This document shows positions 1 through 10,607 of a stretch of DNA of 64,000 nt, piece after piece. The notes under the pieces were generated by a model that was given only the letters and a program-made list of their open reading frames with translations, had not been told where the DNA came from and made no database searches. Numbering within the stretch: position 1 is the first letter of the stretch; every line of letters begins with the position of its first letter. A program made the position numbers and the translations under genes. Source of the DNA: Rhodospirillales bacterium (GTDB lineage Bacteria > Pseudomonadota > Alphaproteobacteria > Bin95); assembly GCA_038143065.1 (NCBI GenBank), contig JAYQLI010000035.1, positions 736,001 through 800,000 of the forward strand. Direction: 5' to 3'.

Positions 1-950
<950 letters not shown>

Positions 951-960
951 ACAAGATCTC

Positions 961-1413
961 ATGTCTAACGATCGGAGCTATCCAACAAGGCCTATAATAG
1001 GTGTAGGCGTCGTTGTCCTGCGAGGCGAAGAAGTTCTTCTTATTAAAAGGGGTAAACCGCCACGTATTGGGCAATGGAGTCTGCCTGGTGGCATGCAAGA
1101 ACTTGGAGAAACCGCAGCAGAGGCTGCGCACCGAGAAGTACTGGAAGAAACGGGCATTCAAATTAAGCTTGGCCAAGTACTAGATATAATCGACATCATC
1201 CGCCCTGATCATGATGGCCGGATTGAAACCCATTACACTCTAATCGATTACGCCGCTGAATATGCTTCCGGGATTCCCAGAGCTGGGGACGATGCACTTC
1301 ACGCAGAATTCGTAGCGCTTAGTAAAATTAAAGAACTGGGAATGTGGGAGGAAACAATCCGGGTGATTGAATTGGCATCAGTATTGAGCAACGAGAACCG
1401 TCACTTTGACTGA
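961..1413 (+). CDS. NUDIX hydrolase (ADP-ribose pyrophosphatase-like)
   Basis: Nudix box GGMQELGETAAEAAHREVLEETG; YPTRPIIGVG N-terminus; ATG at 961. Confidence 0.85.
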   Translation: MSNDRSYPTRPIIGVGVVVLRGEEVLLIKRGKPPRIGQWSLPGGMQELGETAAEAAHREVLEETGIQIKLGQVLDIIDIIRPDHDGRIETHYTLIDYAAEYASGIPRAGDDALHAEFVALSKIKELGMWEETIRVIELASVLSNENRHFD

Positions 1414-1530
1414 AACTATATAAAAGCAACTACACTACCAAACACATATCATTGACTTGTCCTTTGTCTTACCACTCGCAAAGCATGCTTGAATATTGGT
1501 GGGACAGTAACTTTGTCTTTCAATTATTTT

Positions 1531-1545
1531 TGTTATGTTATAACA
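1531..1545. promoter_or_regulatory. Zur box upstream of the zrgA-like gene
   Basis: TGTTATGTTATAACA is a near-palindrome matching the proteobacterial Zur motif. It lies about 37 nt before a zinc-uptake gene and resembles the boxes at 6535-6567. Confidence 0.8.
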
Positions 1546-1582
1546 TCCAATTGGAAGAAACGACGGTTTTCTGGGGCAATTG

Positions 1583-2195
1583 ATGCGCACACGAATTTTT
1601 TTATTAACGATAGCTTTACTAAGTATACATGCCGAGCAGGCTAGTGGAACAGATTACCGCTACGCCGATGCCCACCAGCACGGAAAAGGAATTTTGAATA
1701 TTGTCTTGGAAGGGAACACGCTTCTGATGGAGCTAGAGGCACCTGGAGCAGACATCATCGGATTTGAACACACAGCTAAGACAGCCACTGAAAAAAAAAG
1801 CAGTTAATCAGGCACTAGCATACCTGGAAGACCCACTGACTCTTTTCCGCATATCAAAGGAAGCAAACTGCAAATTAAAGGCCAGTAAATTGAACGTTGG
1901 AAAGCTTAGTGAGGAAACTGAAGGAAATCATGCTCATGAGCTGAGAGAACGAGAACATAGAGAAGAGCATGGCAAACACCACAACCACAAAGATGACGAA
2001 AGTCATAATGAGGTCCGAGCCCAATACACATTGAATTGCACAAACTTAAAGGCGCTTCGTTCAATAGACTTTCAGTATTTCAGTTACTTCAAGGCAGCCA
2101 AAATGCTGCAAGTAAATTTGATATCAAGTATTTCTCAAACTAGCTTCGAAGTTTATGATGAAAACCCAATCCTGAAAATTCGGGAAGGTATGTAG
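1583..2195 (+). CDS. zrgA: ZrgA/DUF2796 family periplasmic zinc-binding protein (frameshift in the poly-A run near 1791-1799)
   Basis: Signal peptide followed by DAHQHGKG..LNIVLEG..ELEAPGADIIGFEH. The second frame has a His/Glu-rich linker and HNEVRAQYTLNC. Confidence 0.8.
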
Positions 2196-2217
2196 TAAAT
2201 ACTTTTTGTGTCACAAA

Positions 2218-2943
2218 ATGACTGATCAAAACGCTCAATATACCACTAGATGCGAGCCTGTAGTTGCTATCGAGAACCTTCAATTTAAATGGCAATCGAC
2301 TAGTCTATTTTCTCTAAACATACCTAACTTTAGAATTTATCGCGGAGAAAGCATCTTATTATTGGGCCCTTCCGGCTGCGGAAAATCAACACTATTGAAC
2401 ATGATTTGCGGCCTAGTAACACCGCAGCTTGGCTCGATTCACATCCTTGGTGAAAATATAAAGAGTATGTTTCCTCACCAACGAGATAGATTTCGCGCAG
2501 ACCATATCGGCGTAATATTCCAGATGTTCAATTTAATCTCTTTCAGCACAGCTATAGATAATGTCATATTACCACTATCCTTTAGCCCAAGACGGCGCGA
2601 GCGAGTTTTAGGCACCGACATTGAGGAGGCCAAACGCTTACTCACCAGCCTTGGAGTCGACGACAACCTTCTTAGAACACAGACTTCAAAGCTAAGCGTT
2701 GGCCAGCAGCAGAGAGTTGCTGCTGCTCGTGCTTTAATTGGGGAGCCTGAAATCATTGTTGCAGATGAGCCCACTTCTGCTCTTGATAGTTCACGGCGGG
2801 ACGAATTTTTAAGCCTTTTATTTAATCAAGCTTCCAGGGCAAACACGACAATAATCATGGTTAGTCATGACGAAACCAATCAGCATTGCTTTGACCGTGT
2901 TTTGAAAATGGAAGAATTGTTAGAAAAAGAGAACCAGTCTTGA
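2218..2943 (+). CDS. zrgB: ABC transporter ATP-binding protein (ZrgB/LolD-like)
   Basis: Walker A GPSGCGKST, LSVGQQQRVA signature, ADEPT and SHD; RDRFRADHIG; follows zrgA. Confidence 0.8.
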   Translation: MTDQNAQYTTRCEPVVAIENLQFKWQSTSLFSLNIPNFRIYRGESILLLGPSGCGKSTLLNMICGLVTPQLGSIHILGENIKSMFPHQRDRFRADHIGVIFQMFNLISFSTAIDNVILPLSFSPRRRERVLGTDIEEAKRLLTSLGVDDNLLRTQTSKLSVGQQQRVAAARALIGEPEIIVADEPTSALDSSRRDEFLSLLFNQASRANTTIIMVSHDETNQHCFDRVLKMEELLEKENQS

Positions 2944-4202
2944 TTAAATTAAGACTATTAGCATCCTCAATTTACTCGCGGAAAATAACAGTACTGCTCA
3001 GCATTGCATCAATTTGCATTAGTGTTTCCCTAGTAATCGGCATTGAAAAACTTAGGACAAGTGCAAAGAAAAGCTTTACCAATACTATTTCCGCAACCGA
3101 CGTCATAGTTGGCGCTAGAAGCGGTAACATCCAACTCCTCCTTTACACTGTGTTTGGTATAGGAAATGCCACAAATAATATTACGTGGACTACCTACAAA
3201 GATATTTCTAAACGCCCCGAAGTTGAATGGGCCATTCCATTATCGCTAGGCGATAGCCACAAAGGCTTTCGCGTGCTTGGGACCACAAAGGAGTTTTTTG
3301 AACATTATCGGTATAGGCAAAAAAAGCCCTTGGCGTTCAAGTATGGTAAACCATTTGCCAAAACTCTAGACACGGTTATCGGGTCTGATGTTGCATCAAC
3401 GCTAGGTTACAACTTAGGTGATGCCATAGTCGTTTCACACGGTATTGGGAAAATTGAAACAAATCTTCACGATGATCAACCATTTACCGTGGTAGGCATA
3501 CTGCAGAAAACAGGAACGCCAGTAGATAAGACAGTACACGTTAGCCTCCAGTCAATTGAGGCAATACACAAAAATTGGAAAGGTGGTAGAAGGCTAAAAG
3601 CCCAAGACGCGCTTGGAGAAGTCCAAACTGAAACGAAATTTGTGCCCCGTGAAATAACAGGTGCTCTGGTCGGGTTGAAATCTAGAATTCAAATATTTCA
3701 GTTTCAAAGATATATAAACAATTATAGGCATGAAGCACTTTCCGCTATTTTGCCTGGTGTAGCACTTCAAGAACTCTGGTCACTCATTTCAACAGCCGAA
3801 ACTGCCTTAATAGCTATATCAACAATTGTCGTGATGACCTCATTTCTGGGGATGATTACAATGATATTAGCAACTTTGAATGAACGCCGCTGGGAAATGG
3901 CTATCTTAAGGGCTATTGGTGCAAGTCCTGCTGCAATTGCAGGGTTAATGATCGCAGAGGCATCTTTAATAATACTTGCAGGGATTATATCAGGATTTAC
4001 CCTTATTTATTCTGGATTGGTTGTATTCCGCTCGACAATTGACCAGATATCCGGGATCTATATTGATATTGGTTTCCCAACTGATACAGAACTTGTTGCT
4101 GTGATTGGGATTTTTATAATTGGTTGTCTGTGCTCGCTGATACCAGCTTGGCGCGCATACTTAATTTCAGTTACGAATGGATTTCACAGCCAAACGGGCT
4201 AA
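2940..4202 (+). CDS. zrgC: FtsX/MacB-type ABC permease (ZrgC-like)
   Basis: DVIVGARSG..QLLLYTVF.IG, PLSLGDSHKGFRVLGT and ERR.EMAILRAIGA motifs; overlaps zrgB. Confidence 0.8.
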   Translation: MIKLRLLASSIYSRKITVLLSIASICISVSLVIGIEKLRTSAKKSFTNTISATDVIVGARSGNIQLLLYTVFGIGNATNNITWTTYKDISKRPEVEWAIPLSLGDSHKGFRVLGTTKEFFEHYRYRQKKPLAFKYGKPFAKTLDTVIGSDVASTLGYNLGDAIVVSHGIGKIETNLHDDQPFTVVGILQKTGTPVDKTVHVSLQSIEAIHKNWKGGRRLKAQDALGEVQTETKFVPREITGALVGLKSRIQIFQFQRYINNYRHEALSAILPGVALQELWSLISTAETALIAISTIVVMTSFLGMITMILATLNERRWEMAILRAIGASPAAIAGLMIAEASLIILAGIISGFTLIYSGLVVFRSTIDQISGIYIDIGFPTDTELVAVIGIFIIGCLCSLIPAWRAYLISVTNGFHSQTG

Positions 4203-4215
4203 CCGATAATAATTA

Positions 4216-4962
4216 TTACTCGTAGGGGACTACAGTGGCATTGGGTATTTTGTATCCCGTCGGAACTTGCGCCTCACCGTCGACCAGCGCCAGCAAGGTT
4301 TGGTCATGCTGCGCATGTAATATTCCTGAAACCCAAACAGGAAAATATAGCTCAGTAGAAATCATCGGCTCACTTAGACTAACTTGAACAAGCTGATTTG
4401 GCGGCGGCGGTGGCACATGGATACAAGCTCCTACGTAAGGCACTAAAAGAAACTCCGTAACCCCAAGGTCCGCAAACTCAAGCGGCAAAAGATAGCCAGC
4501 AATCCTGATATTTGTTTTATTCAGAGAAATATTTAATTCGTTACCAAGCTGTTTTAAATCAGCATGGAATTGGCGGTAACGAGATATAAATCCACTTACA
4601 TCGACTCCTTTACTCAACAAACCCCGCTCATATTCAAGAGCCTCTTCGTACAAAGGATTCCCTGGGCCTATTTCACCATTCTTCTGAAGAATTCGTGAAC
4701 TGGCCACCAACTCTAGCTCATAAGCAACTACCGGATCTAATTCAGATAATGGATCGGTAGGTGGAGGCCTTGATGGCTGTAAATCCTGCCAGCCGATTGT
4801 TCTAGAGTCTCTGCTCTTAACAGCAAGGGATATGAATTGGCCACTAATAGTAATAAGCAAAGAAATCCAGTAAGTAGTGTGCGATTGGTCACGAAAAACA
4901 TTGCTCCCAACTATTATACAGAGCCTGCCAACCCATAACTCTGAAAGGTTTAAGCAAAACAC
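4216..4962 (-). CDS. DUF3299 family protein (ZrgD-like); start uncertain
   Basis: IGWQDLQP and IRIAGYLLPLE..VTEFLLVPYVGACIHVPPPPPNQLV, the DUF3299 hallmark. Confidence 0.8.
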   Translation of the reverse strand: MFCLNLSELWVGRLCIIVGSNVFRDQSHTTYWISLLITISGQFISLAVKSRDSRTIGWQDLQPSRPPPTDPLSELDPVVAYELELVASSRILQKNGEIGPGNPLYEEALEYERGLLSKGVDVSGFISRYRQFHADLKQLGNELNISLNKTNIRIAGYLLPLEFADLGVTEFLLVPYVGACIHVPPPPPNQLVQVSLSEPMISTELYFPVWVSGILHAQHDQTLLALVDGEAQVPTGYKIPNATVVPYE

Positions 4963-5064
4963 TTCGTATTAATATACTCAAATAAACTACAACTTATTTT
5001 TGGAACTAACAGCCCGTTTCTTTGCGACTTTTTCAAAGCCCCAACCTTTTGGAAGATCAATTTA

Positions 5065-5319
5065 ATGCGCCCAAAAACCCAGCACCTCATAGAAAAAGGG
5101 GCATTAATTCTTTTTACGTTAGTGCACTTAATCGTCGGATGCCCTTGGATAATACTAATAATCTTCGATATCCTCGGTAGGAATGTTTATAGCTTTCCCA
5201 TTACTCTTGCGGCAACTCTGTTGTCCTTCGCACCTTACTACTGGATTTTAACCCGCTGGTGGCGCCCTAGGGAAATGCAACTCAAAGATCGGATTAAATT
5301 AGAAAAGAATGAAGGTTAA
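5065..5319 (+). CDS. Small hypothetical membrane protein (2 TM)
   Basis: 84-aa ORF with two hydrophobic segments filling an intergenic gap; no recognisable family. Confidence 0.45.
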   Translation: MRPKTQHLIEKGALILFTLVHLIVGCPWIILIIFDILGRNVYSFPITLAATLLSFAPYYWILTRWWRPREMQLKDRIKLEKNEG

Positions 5320-5399
5320 ATAAGTTTTTACGTATTACACCCTACCAAGAGCAAAGTTAAAAGACTAATCGATCCCGGCTCTAACAAAACTTCTTGAAA

Positions 5400-6479
5400 T
5401 CAGTTATCAGCTGCAAGGCATGTTTTGATAGATGAAGCCATATTTCTCAGCAGCTGAAAATACATATTCGGCCCGCTCGCTATTGATGCTCCCAGAGGGT
5501 CAAGCACGCCGGTTTTCGCGCCACTGCCCTCACTCAAAGTTTTAACTAACTTTGGTTCAAATTGAGGCTCTGAAAAAATACAGGCGGCGCCCAGAGACAT
5601 AATTTTCTCACGTAACTCACTAACACGTTGAGCACCTGGGAGTACTTCTGGTGATACTGTTATGGAGCCAACTGCGGAGACACCAAATCGTTGCTCAAAA
5701 TAATGATATGCATCGTGAAATACTATGAAACTCTTGTCTTGGACCGGTTCAAGTTGATCTCGTAACTCTCTAACAAGAGAGTCAAGTTGACTCCTCAATT
5801 TGCGAGCGTTTTCTTTATAAACTGATGCATGCGCTGGGTCGGCTTTTACCAAAGCTTCTTCAATTTCGTGAACTAACGCTTTTGCGTTGACCGGATCTAA
5901 CCAGACATGGGGATCAATTTCCCCGTGGCCATGCTCTTTGTCTGCATGTTTTTCATGGTCGTTGTGCCCGTGATCATGCTCTTTGTCTGCATGTTTTTCA
6001 TGGTCGTTGTGCCCGTGATCATGCTCTTTGTCTGCATGTTTTTCATGGTCGTTGTGCCCGTGATCATGCTCTTTGTCTGCATGTTTTTCATGGTCGTCGT
6101 GTCCATGATCATCAAACATACCGCCCTCACGGAATTTAATCCTCTTAAGACCGTGGGCGTTGAGAAGTTTTATAATTTCGGCGCTGTCTGAAATATTTTT
6201 GATAGGCTTTTTCAAAAATGTCTCTATATCATCGCCCATCCAAAATACTAATTTAGCATCTTGCAGTTTTCTCGCTTCAGAAGGTTTGAGGGAGTAAGTA
6301 TGCGGACTGCTAGCCCCATCAACAATAAGATAAGGAGTGCCAACACCGTTCATTACGGAAGACACAAGTGAGTGCACAGGCTTGATGGATGTAACAACAC
6401 CAATATCAGCTTTAGCCCCTGAGAAACTGATTGGGCAAAATACCAAAAGTATTACGAGTAATCGTTTTAAGGGCATCAT
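5400..6479 (-). CDS. znuA: Zinc ABC transporter substrate-binding protein ZnuA
   Basis: VVTSIKPVHSLV, GASSPHTYSLKPS, His-rich loop, DPHVWLDP, FIVFHDAYHYFE and CIFSEPQF. Confidence 0.95.
   Translation of the reverse strand: MMPLKRLLVILLVFCPISFSGAKADIGVVTSIKPVHSLVSSVMNGVGTPYLIVDGASSPHTYSLKPSEARKLQDAKLVFWMGDDIETFLKKPIKNISDSAEIIKLLNAHGLKRIKFREGGMFDDHGHDDHEKHADKEHDHGHNDHEKHADKEHDHGHNDHEKHADKEHDHGHNDHEKHADKEHGHGEIDPHVWLDPVNAKALVHEIEEALVKADPAHASVYKENARKLRSQLDSLVRELRDQLEPVQDKSFIVFHDAYHYFEQRFGVSAVGSITVSPEVLPGAQRVSELREKIMSLGAACIFSEPQFEPKLVKTLSEGSGAKTGVLDPLGASIASGPNMYFQLLRNMASSIKTCLAADN
5931..6110. repeat. 45-bp tandem repeat, four copies, encoding the ZnuA His-rich loop (DHGHNDHEKHADKEH)
   Basis: The unit atgctctttgtctgcatgtttttcatggtcgttgtgcccgtgatc starts at 5931, 5976, 6021 and 6066. 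Three copies are identical and the fourth has 3 substitutions. Confidence 0.95.
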
Positions 6480-6534
6480 ACGCTCCGGACAACTTTACTA
6501 TAGAAAATTATAGGCTTACTTAAGAGAAAAAACC

Positions 6535-6567
6535 CGTTATATTGTAACAATATGTTATATTATAACA
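6535..6567. promoter_or_regulatory. Tandem Zur boxes in the divergent znuA/znuC promoter
   Basis: CGTTATATTGTAACA (6535-6549) and TGTTATATTATAACA (6553-6567). Confidence 0.85.
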
Positions 6568-6620
6568 AACCTTATCAAGTCAATATTAGCAAACTTTCTT
6601 TCGAAGAAGTTCACCCCATC

Positions 6621-7415
6621 ATGACCAAGACCCATAACCATCTGTTAAAGCTAGACAATGCTGGTGCTTATCTATCTGAGAAGTGGCTTGTACGTGGCGT
6701 AAACTTAACCCTTAATCGGGGCGAATTAGTCACTTTGATTGGCCCCAATGGATCTGGCAAATCAACAACGGCTAAAATGGCACTCGGCATAGTTAATGCC
6801 TCCGAAGGTACGGTCCAGCGCCAGCCCAAAATTCGGATCAGCTATGTTCCACAAAAACTAATTGTTGATTGGACCATGCCTCTTACTGTCCGCCGTTTTA
6901 TGTCGTTAACGTATCCAGCCACTCGCCATAAAATCCAAAAAGCTCTTTCATCAACCGAGACTGAACATTTGATAAATTCTGAGATAAGAAATTTATCTGG
7001 TGGTGAATTCCAACGCGTTTTAATAGCTCGTGCTATCGTAAATGAGCCTGAACTCCTAGTGCTTGATGAACCAGTTCAAGGTGTAGATTTTAACGGTGAG
7101 ATTGCTCTTTACAGTCTTATCGAAAAGATTCGTGGCGATTTAGATTGTGGCATCATTTTGATATCTCATGACCTGCACATGGTTATGTCCAGTACTGATA
7201 GTGTCCTTTGCCTAAACGGCCATGTCTGCTGCTCTGGGACCCCTGAAATTGTAGCGTCTGCTCCTGAGTTTAGAAAACTATTTGGAGACAAAGCGGCCAA
7301 CGAGTTGGCATTTTATAGGCATAGCCACGACCACGAACATTTACCCAATAGAACAGTGCAGACAATTCATGAGGACGACCCCAAGCCCCACGAGAGCATC
7401 GCAAAAAGGAACTAA
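6621..7415 (+). CDS. znuC: Zinc ABC transporter ATPase ZnuC
   Basis: GPNGSGKST, LSGGEFQRVL, LDEPVQGVD, HVCCSGTP and a YRHSHDHEH tail. The true start is probably ATG 6621, since the longer ORF begins inside the Zur box. Confidence 0.93.
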   Translation: MTKTHNHLLKLDNAGAYLSEKWLVRGVNLTLNRGELVTLIGPNGSGKSTTAKMALGIVNASEGTVQRQPKIRISYVPQKLIVDWTMPLTVRRFMSLTYPATRHKIQKALSSTETEHLINSEIRNLSGGEFQRVLIARAIVNEPELLVLDEPVQGVDFNGEIALYSLIEKIRGDLDCGIILISHDLHMVMSSTDSVLCLNGHVCCSGTPEIVASAPEFRKLFGDKAANELAFYRHSHDHEHLPNRTVQTIHEDDPKPHESIAKRN

Positions 7416-7436
7416 ATAAAGTGGAGTCACAGCGTC

Positions 7437-8254
7437 ATGCTTGATGACTTTTTATCCGTGCGTTGATAGGTGGTATCGGCGTTGCGTTAATAGCTGGACC
7501 TCTTGGGTGTTTCATAATTTGGCGAAGATTGGCGTATTTTGGCGATACACTTTCGCATTCAGCACTGTTAGGAGTGGCTTTAGCTTTATTGCTGGAATTG
7601 AACATCACGCTGTCCGTTTTTGTTATTTCATTAGGTGTGGCGATGCTGCTGTTACTTTTGCAAAGACAAGCCCGATTAACCTCCGATGCGCTTCTAGGTC
7701 TACTGGCTCATGCCACGCTCGCAGTTGGGTTGGTAGTTTTAGCCTTTATGACTTGGATACGCGTTGACCTTATGGGTTTTCTCTTTGGTGATATTCTAGC
7801 TATCTCTAAATTAGATATCTTAATTATTTGGTTTGGCGGACTAGTGGTTTTGCTTGCACTCTGCCTTATTTGGAAGCAGCTATTTGCTGCAACGGTCAAT
7901 TATGAGATTGCTGTTGCGGAGAATCAAAAACCTGATAAGGCCAATTTTTTCTTTATGATTTTGATGGCCGCCGTGATAGCGATTTCAATGAAAATTGTAG
8001 GCGCCCTTCTCATAACAGCCTTGTTAATTATCCCAGCTGCAACATCAAGACGCTTCGCCTCTACTCCAGAAATGATGGCGGTTATTGCTTCAATTGTTGG
8101 TGCTTTATGCGTCTGGCTCGGCTTGGAAGGCTCATTACATTGGGATACACCAGCTGGACCAAGTATTGTTGTGGCTGCGCTTATCGGATTTATTATATCT
8201 CTCCTACCATTCGAACGGCTTTTAAAAGTCGCAAATATCAAAAAAGCACGTTAA
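7437..8254 (+). CDS. znuB: Zinc ABC transporter permease ZnuB (1-nt deletion in the T-run near 7450)
   Basis: MLDDF(F)IRALIGGIGVALIAGPLGCFIIWRRLAYFGDTLSH, LFGDIL and DTPAGPSIV. Confidence 0.93.
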
Positions 8255-8269
8255 GGACAGTAATCTAGG

Positions 8270-8674
8270 ATGCGAGACTTAGACAAAATTAAGTTTTCAA
8301 AAAATGAAGCACTTGTTTTCGAAGCACTTAAAAATGCGAGCCATCCAGTTGGTGCCTACGATTTATTGGATCAGCTTAAAGTGCACGGATTGAAGTCCCC
8401 ACCTCAAGTTTATCGAGCTTTAGAACGCTTAACAGAACTAAAAGTGGCGCATCGAGTAGAGAGTTTAAATGCTTGGACTTCATGTTGTGAGGCCAACCAT
8501 GAAAATGCTCCAGTTTTTGTGATTTGTGATAATTGTGGGGATGTCACAGAACATATCGACCGGCCATTAAACGCAAGTCTTGAAAAAATTTATAAAAAAA
8601 ATGGCTTTGTACCAGGTAATCCAATCCTTGAAATACATGGCCGGTGCCATGATTGCATCTCAACAACATTGTAG
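8270..8674 (+). CDS. zur: Zinc uptake regulator Zur (Fur family)
   Basis: AYDLL..PPQVYRAL..HRVESLNAW with CDNC and CHDC zinc motifs; downstream of znuB. Confidence 0.9.
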   Translation: MRDLDKIKFSKNEALVFEALKNASHPVGAYDLLDQLKVHGLKSPPQVYRALERLTELKVAHRVESLNAWTSCCEANHENAPVFVICDNCGDVTEHIDRPLNASLEKIYKKNGFVPGNPILEIHGRCHDCISTTL

Positions 8675-8800
8675 CCGTCAAAAAAACTTCAAAAGCTTTC
8701 AAGTCATTGTTTTTAACTTTGTCGCCGCAGTAACAAAAGCACGGCTGGCGCTACAGCATTAGTTACGTAAAAGTCTCTGGCCAGAATTATAAAAGCGTTG

Positions 8801-9205
8801 TTAATCTAAAAACTTATAAGCGCCCTGGCCACTGGCTAACAAAGGTCCACCAACCCCATCAATCAGCCGGGCTTCTGAAAAGAAAGTCGAGCGCCCCCTT
8901 TTGAGCACACGTCCTTCGCAGACAAGCTCATCACCTTTTGCTGCACCTATAAAATTACAGGACATTGAAACAGTAACAGCTTTCCTTCTTCTCTCACCGT
9001 CAGGATCTTTATTGCCGGCAAACATGCCAGCGGAGTCAATTAAAGAAGAAATAACGCCTCCATGAGGCCGCCCCTGACGATTCATATGCTGCACGCCAAG
9101 CTTGACACGAAATTGGCAGAAATTTGGTTCCCATATTGCGAAGTGAAAACCCATAACAGCCTCGTAACGTCCAGGGTCACCTTCAGGCAACTGATTGTCA
9201 CTCAT
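8801..9205 (-). CDS. PaaI family hot-dog thioesterase
   Basis: HMNRQGRPHGGVISSLID motif. Confidence 0.85.
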   Translation of the reverse strand: MSDNQLPEGDPGRYEAVMGFHFAIWEPNFCQFRVKLGVQHMNRQGRPHGGVISSLIDSAGMFAGNKDPDGERRRKAVTVSMSCNFIGAAKGDELVCEGRVLKRGRSTFFSEARLIDGVGGPLLASGQGAYKFLD

Positions 9206-9690
9206 TTATTCTTTCCTGGTGGGTCAAGTACAAGGCACACTGACGTGCCATGCGCATAAATTTTTCCAGCAGTATCAACCAAACGCCCCTCCATAGAGAG
9301 CATGGTTCGTCCAGCGTGAACCACTCGGCCTTCAGCACGAAGCGGTCCCACATCAGGCATTACACCACGAGTAAAATTAACTTTTAAATCAAGGCTAGTG
9401 TAAGGATAACCAGCATCTATCATTGTATGACCAGCGCATCCCATACAGCTATCCAAAAGTGTAGAAATCCAACCACCGTGAACCCGGCCAAGAGGATTAA
9501 AATACTCAGCTTTAGGAATCCCCTCCCAAGCAACAAACCCCCTTTCAACGACTACAAGCCGAAAATCCAACGTGCTCGCTATTTTGGGATGCGGTAACTT
9601 TCCATCTCGAATAGCGCTCAGGAAATCAAATCCTGAATACTTTAATGCCTCCTCTATTGGGATAGCACCATAGGTTGGCGTTTCTGTCAC
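9202..9690 (-). CDS. PaaI family hot-dog thioesterase
   Basis: FNPLGRVHGGWISTLLDSCMGCA and YTSLDLKVNF. Confidence 0.88.
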   Translation of the reverse strand: MTETPTYGAIPIEEALKYSGFDFLSAIRDGKLPHPKIASTLDFRLVVVERGFVAWEGIPKAEYFNPLGRVHGGWISTLLDSCMGCAGHTMIDAGYPYTSLDLKVNFTRGVMPDVGPLRAEGRVVHAGRTMLSMEGRLVDTAGKIYAHGTSVCLVLDPPGKNK

Positions 9691-10586
9691 TCAGCAGCCT
9701 CGATCGTGTCTTCGAAGGTCTTAAAGAAGCGACTTGCTGTACCTTTCTGATTCTCATAGATCGATCCTTGCGATTTCGCATCGGGGAATGGCATCCGAAT
9801 AGGAACGTTCGCCATTCGAGGCATGGTGGTAGACTTTCCACGCACCATTCGAGCTTCCCAGGCGTTAAACTCACCCTTCATTTTCGCAAGAGGCCAAGCA
9901 TCGGCAGCAGCATACTCAGTAAGGAGCAATCTGCGCTGTCGATTTCCAGTATTTAAAGCTGAACCATGCACGGCACGTACGTGATGAATAGTCATAGACC
10001 CTGCAGGTGCAGTCAATTTATGGGCACCCGAAACATCCAAACCTATGGAAGTAGGATCGAAGGCCCCGCAGAAGCATCCATCGGAATGATGATCATAAAC
10101 GGGCCCCTTGTGGCTACCGGGCAGCATCAAGAGAGGTCCGTTGGATTCATCACAATCGTCCAACAAAATTCCCGTGGCCAACACATCATCATTTGTGTGG
10201 GGATAGAAGGCCCAATCTTGATGCCACTCAACAGGCGCTCCATAAGATGCCGCCTTGATATTCATCTTACCGCCATAAACCCTAATGTCTGGGCCAATAA
10301 GCTGGGCAACAATATCCGTAATATCTGTATCTCTGCAGAGGTCCCAAAAATATGGAACGTGATTGTAAGGCTCTTTGATGCGTCTCACCCGAGGATTATC
10401 AGGTCTGTGACTATCTTCTAAATCATACAGTTCATTATTCTGAGATACCTCACTTGCTCCAGAAATAATTACATCTGTTTGAGCACGCAGCTCATTCAGC
10501 TTTTCGGGACTTAGCACACCCTCAACTACAACGTATCCATCATCATGGTACTTTGTGATCTGCTCATCTGTCAGCTTTATGCCCAT
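9687..10586 (-). CDS. Phytanoyl-CoA dioxygenase (PhyH) family Fe(II)/2-oxoglutarate dioxygenase
   Basis: YHDDGYVVV, WHQD (HxD), NGPL..LPGSHK and HGSALN..R. Confidence 0.88.
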   Translation of the reverse strand: MGIKLTDEQITKYHDDGYVVVEGVLSPEKLNELRAQTDVIISGASEVSQNNELYDLEDSHRPDNPRVRRIKEPYNHVPYFWDLCRDTDITDIVAQLIGPDIRVYGGKMNIKAASYGAPVEWHQDWAFYPHTNDDVLATGILLDDCDESNGPLLMLPGSHKGPVYDHHSDGCFCGAFDPTSIGLDVSGAHKLTAPAGSMTIHHVRAVHGSALNTGNRQRRLLLTEYAAADAWPLAKMKGEFNAWEARMVRGKSTTMPRMANVPIRMPFPDAKSQGSIYENQKGTASRFFKTFEDTIEAAE

Positions 10587-10607
10587 AGTGTCCTCCCAAT
10601 ACAGATT

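Noticed and set aside
5931-6110. Possible CRISPR array
   Set aside because: The units are contiguous with no unique spacers, are in frame inside znuA, and no cas genes are present.
6552-6620. N-terminal extension of ZnuC from ATG 6552
   Set aside because: That ATG lies within the Zur box; ATG 6621 fits better.
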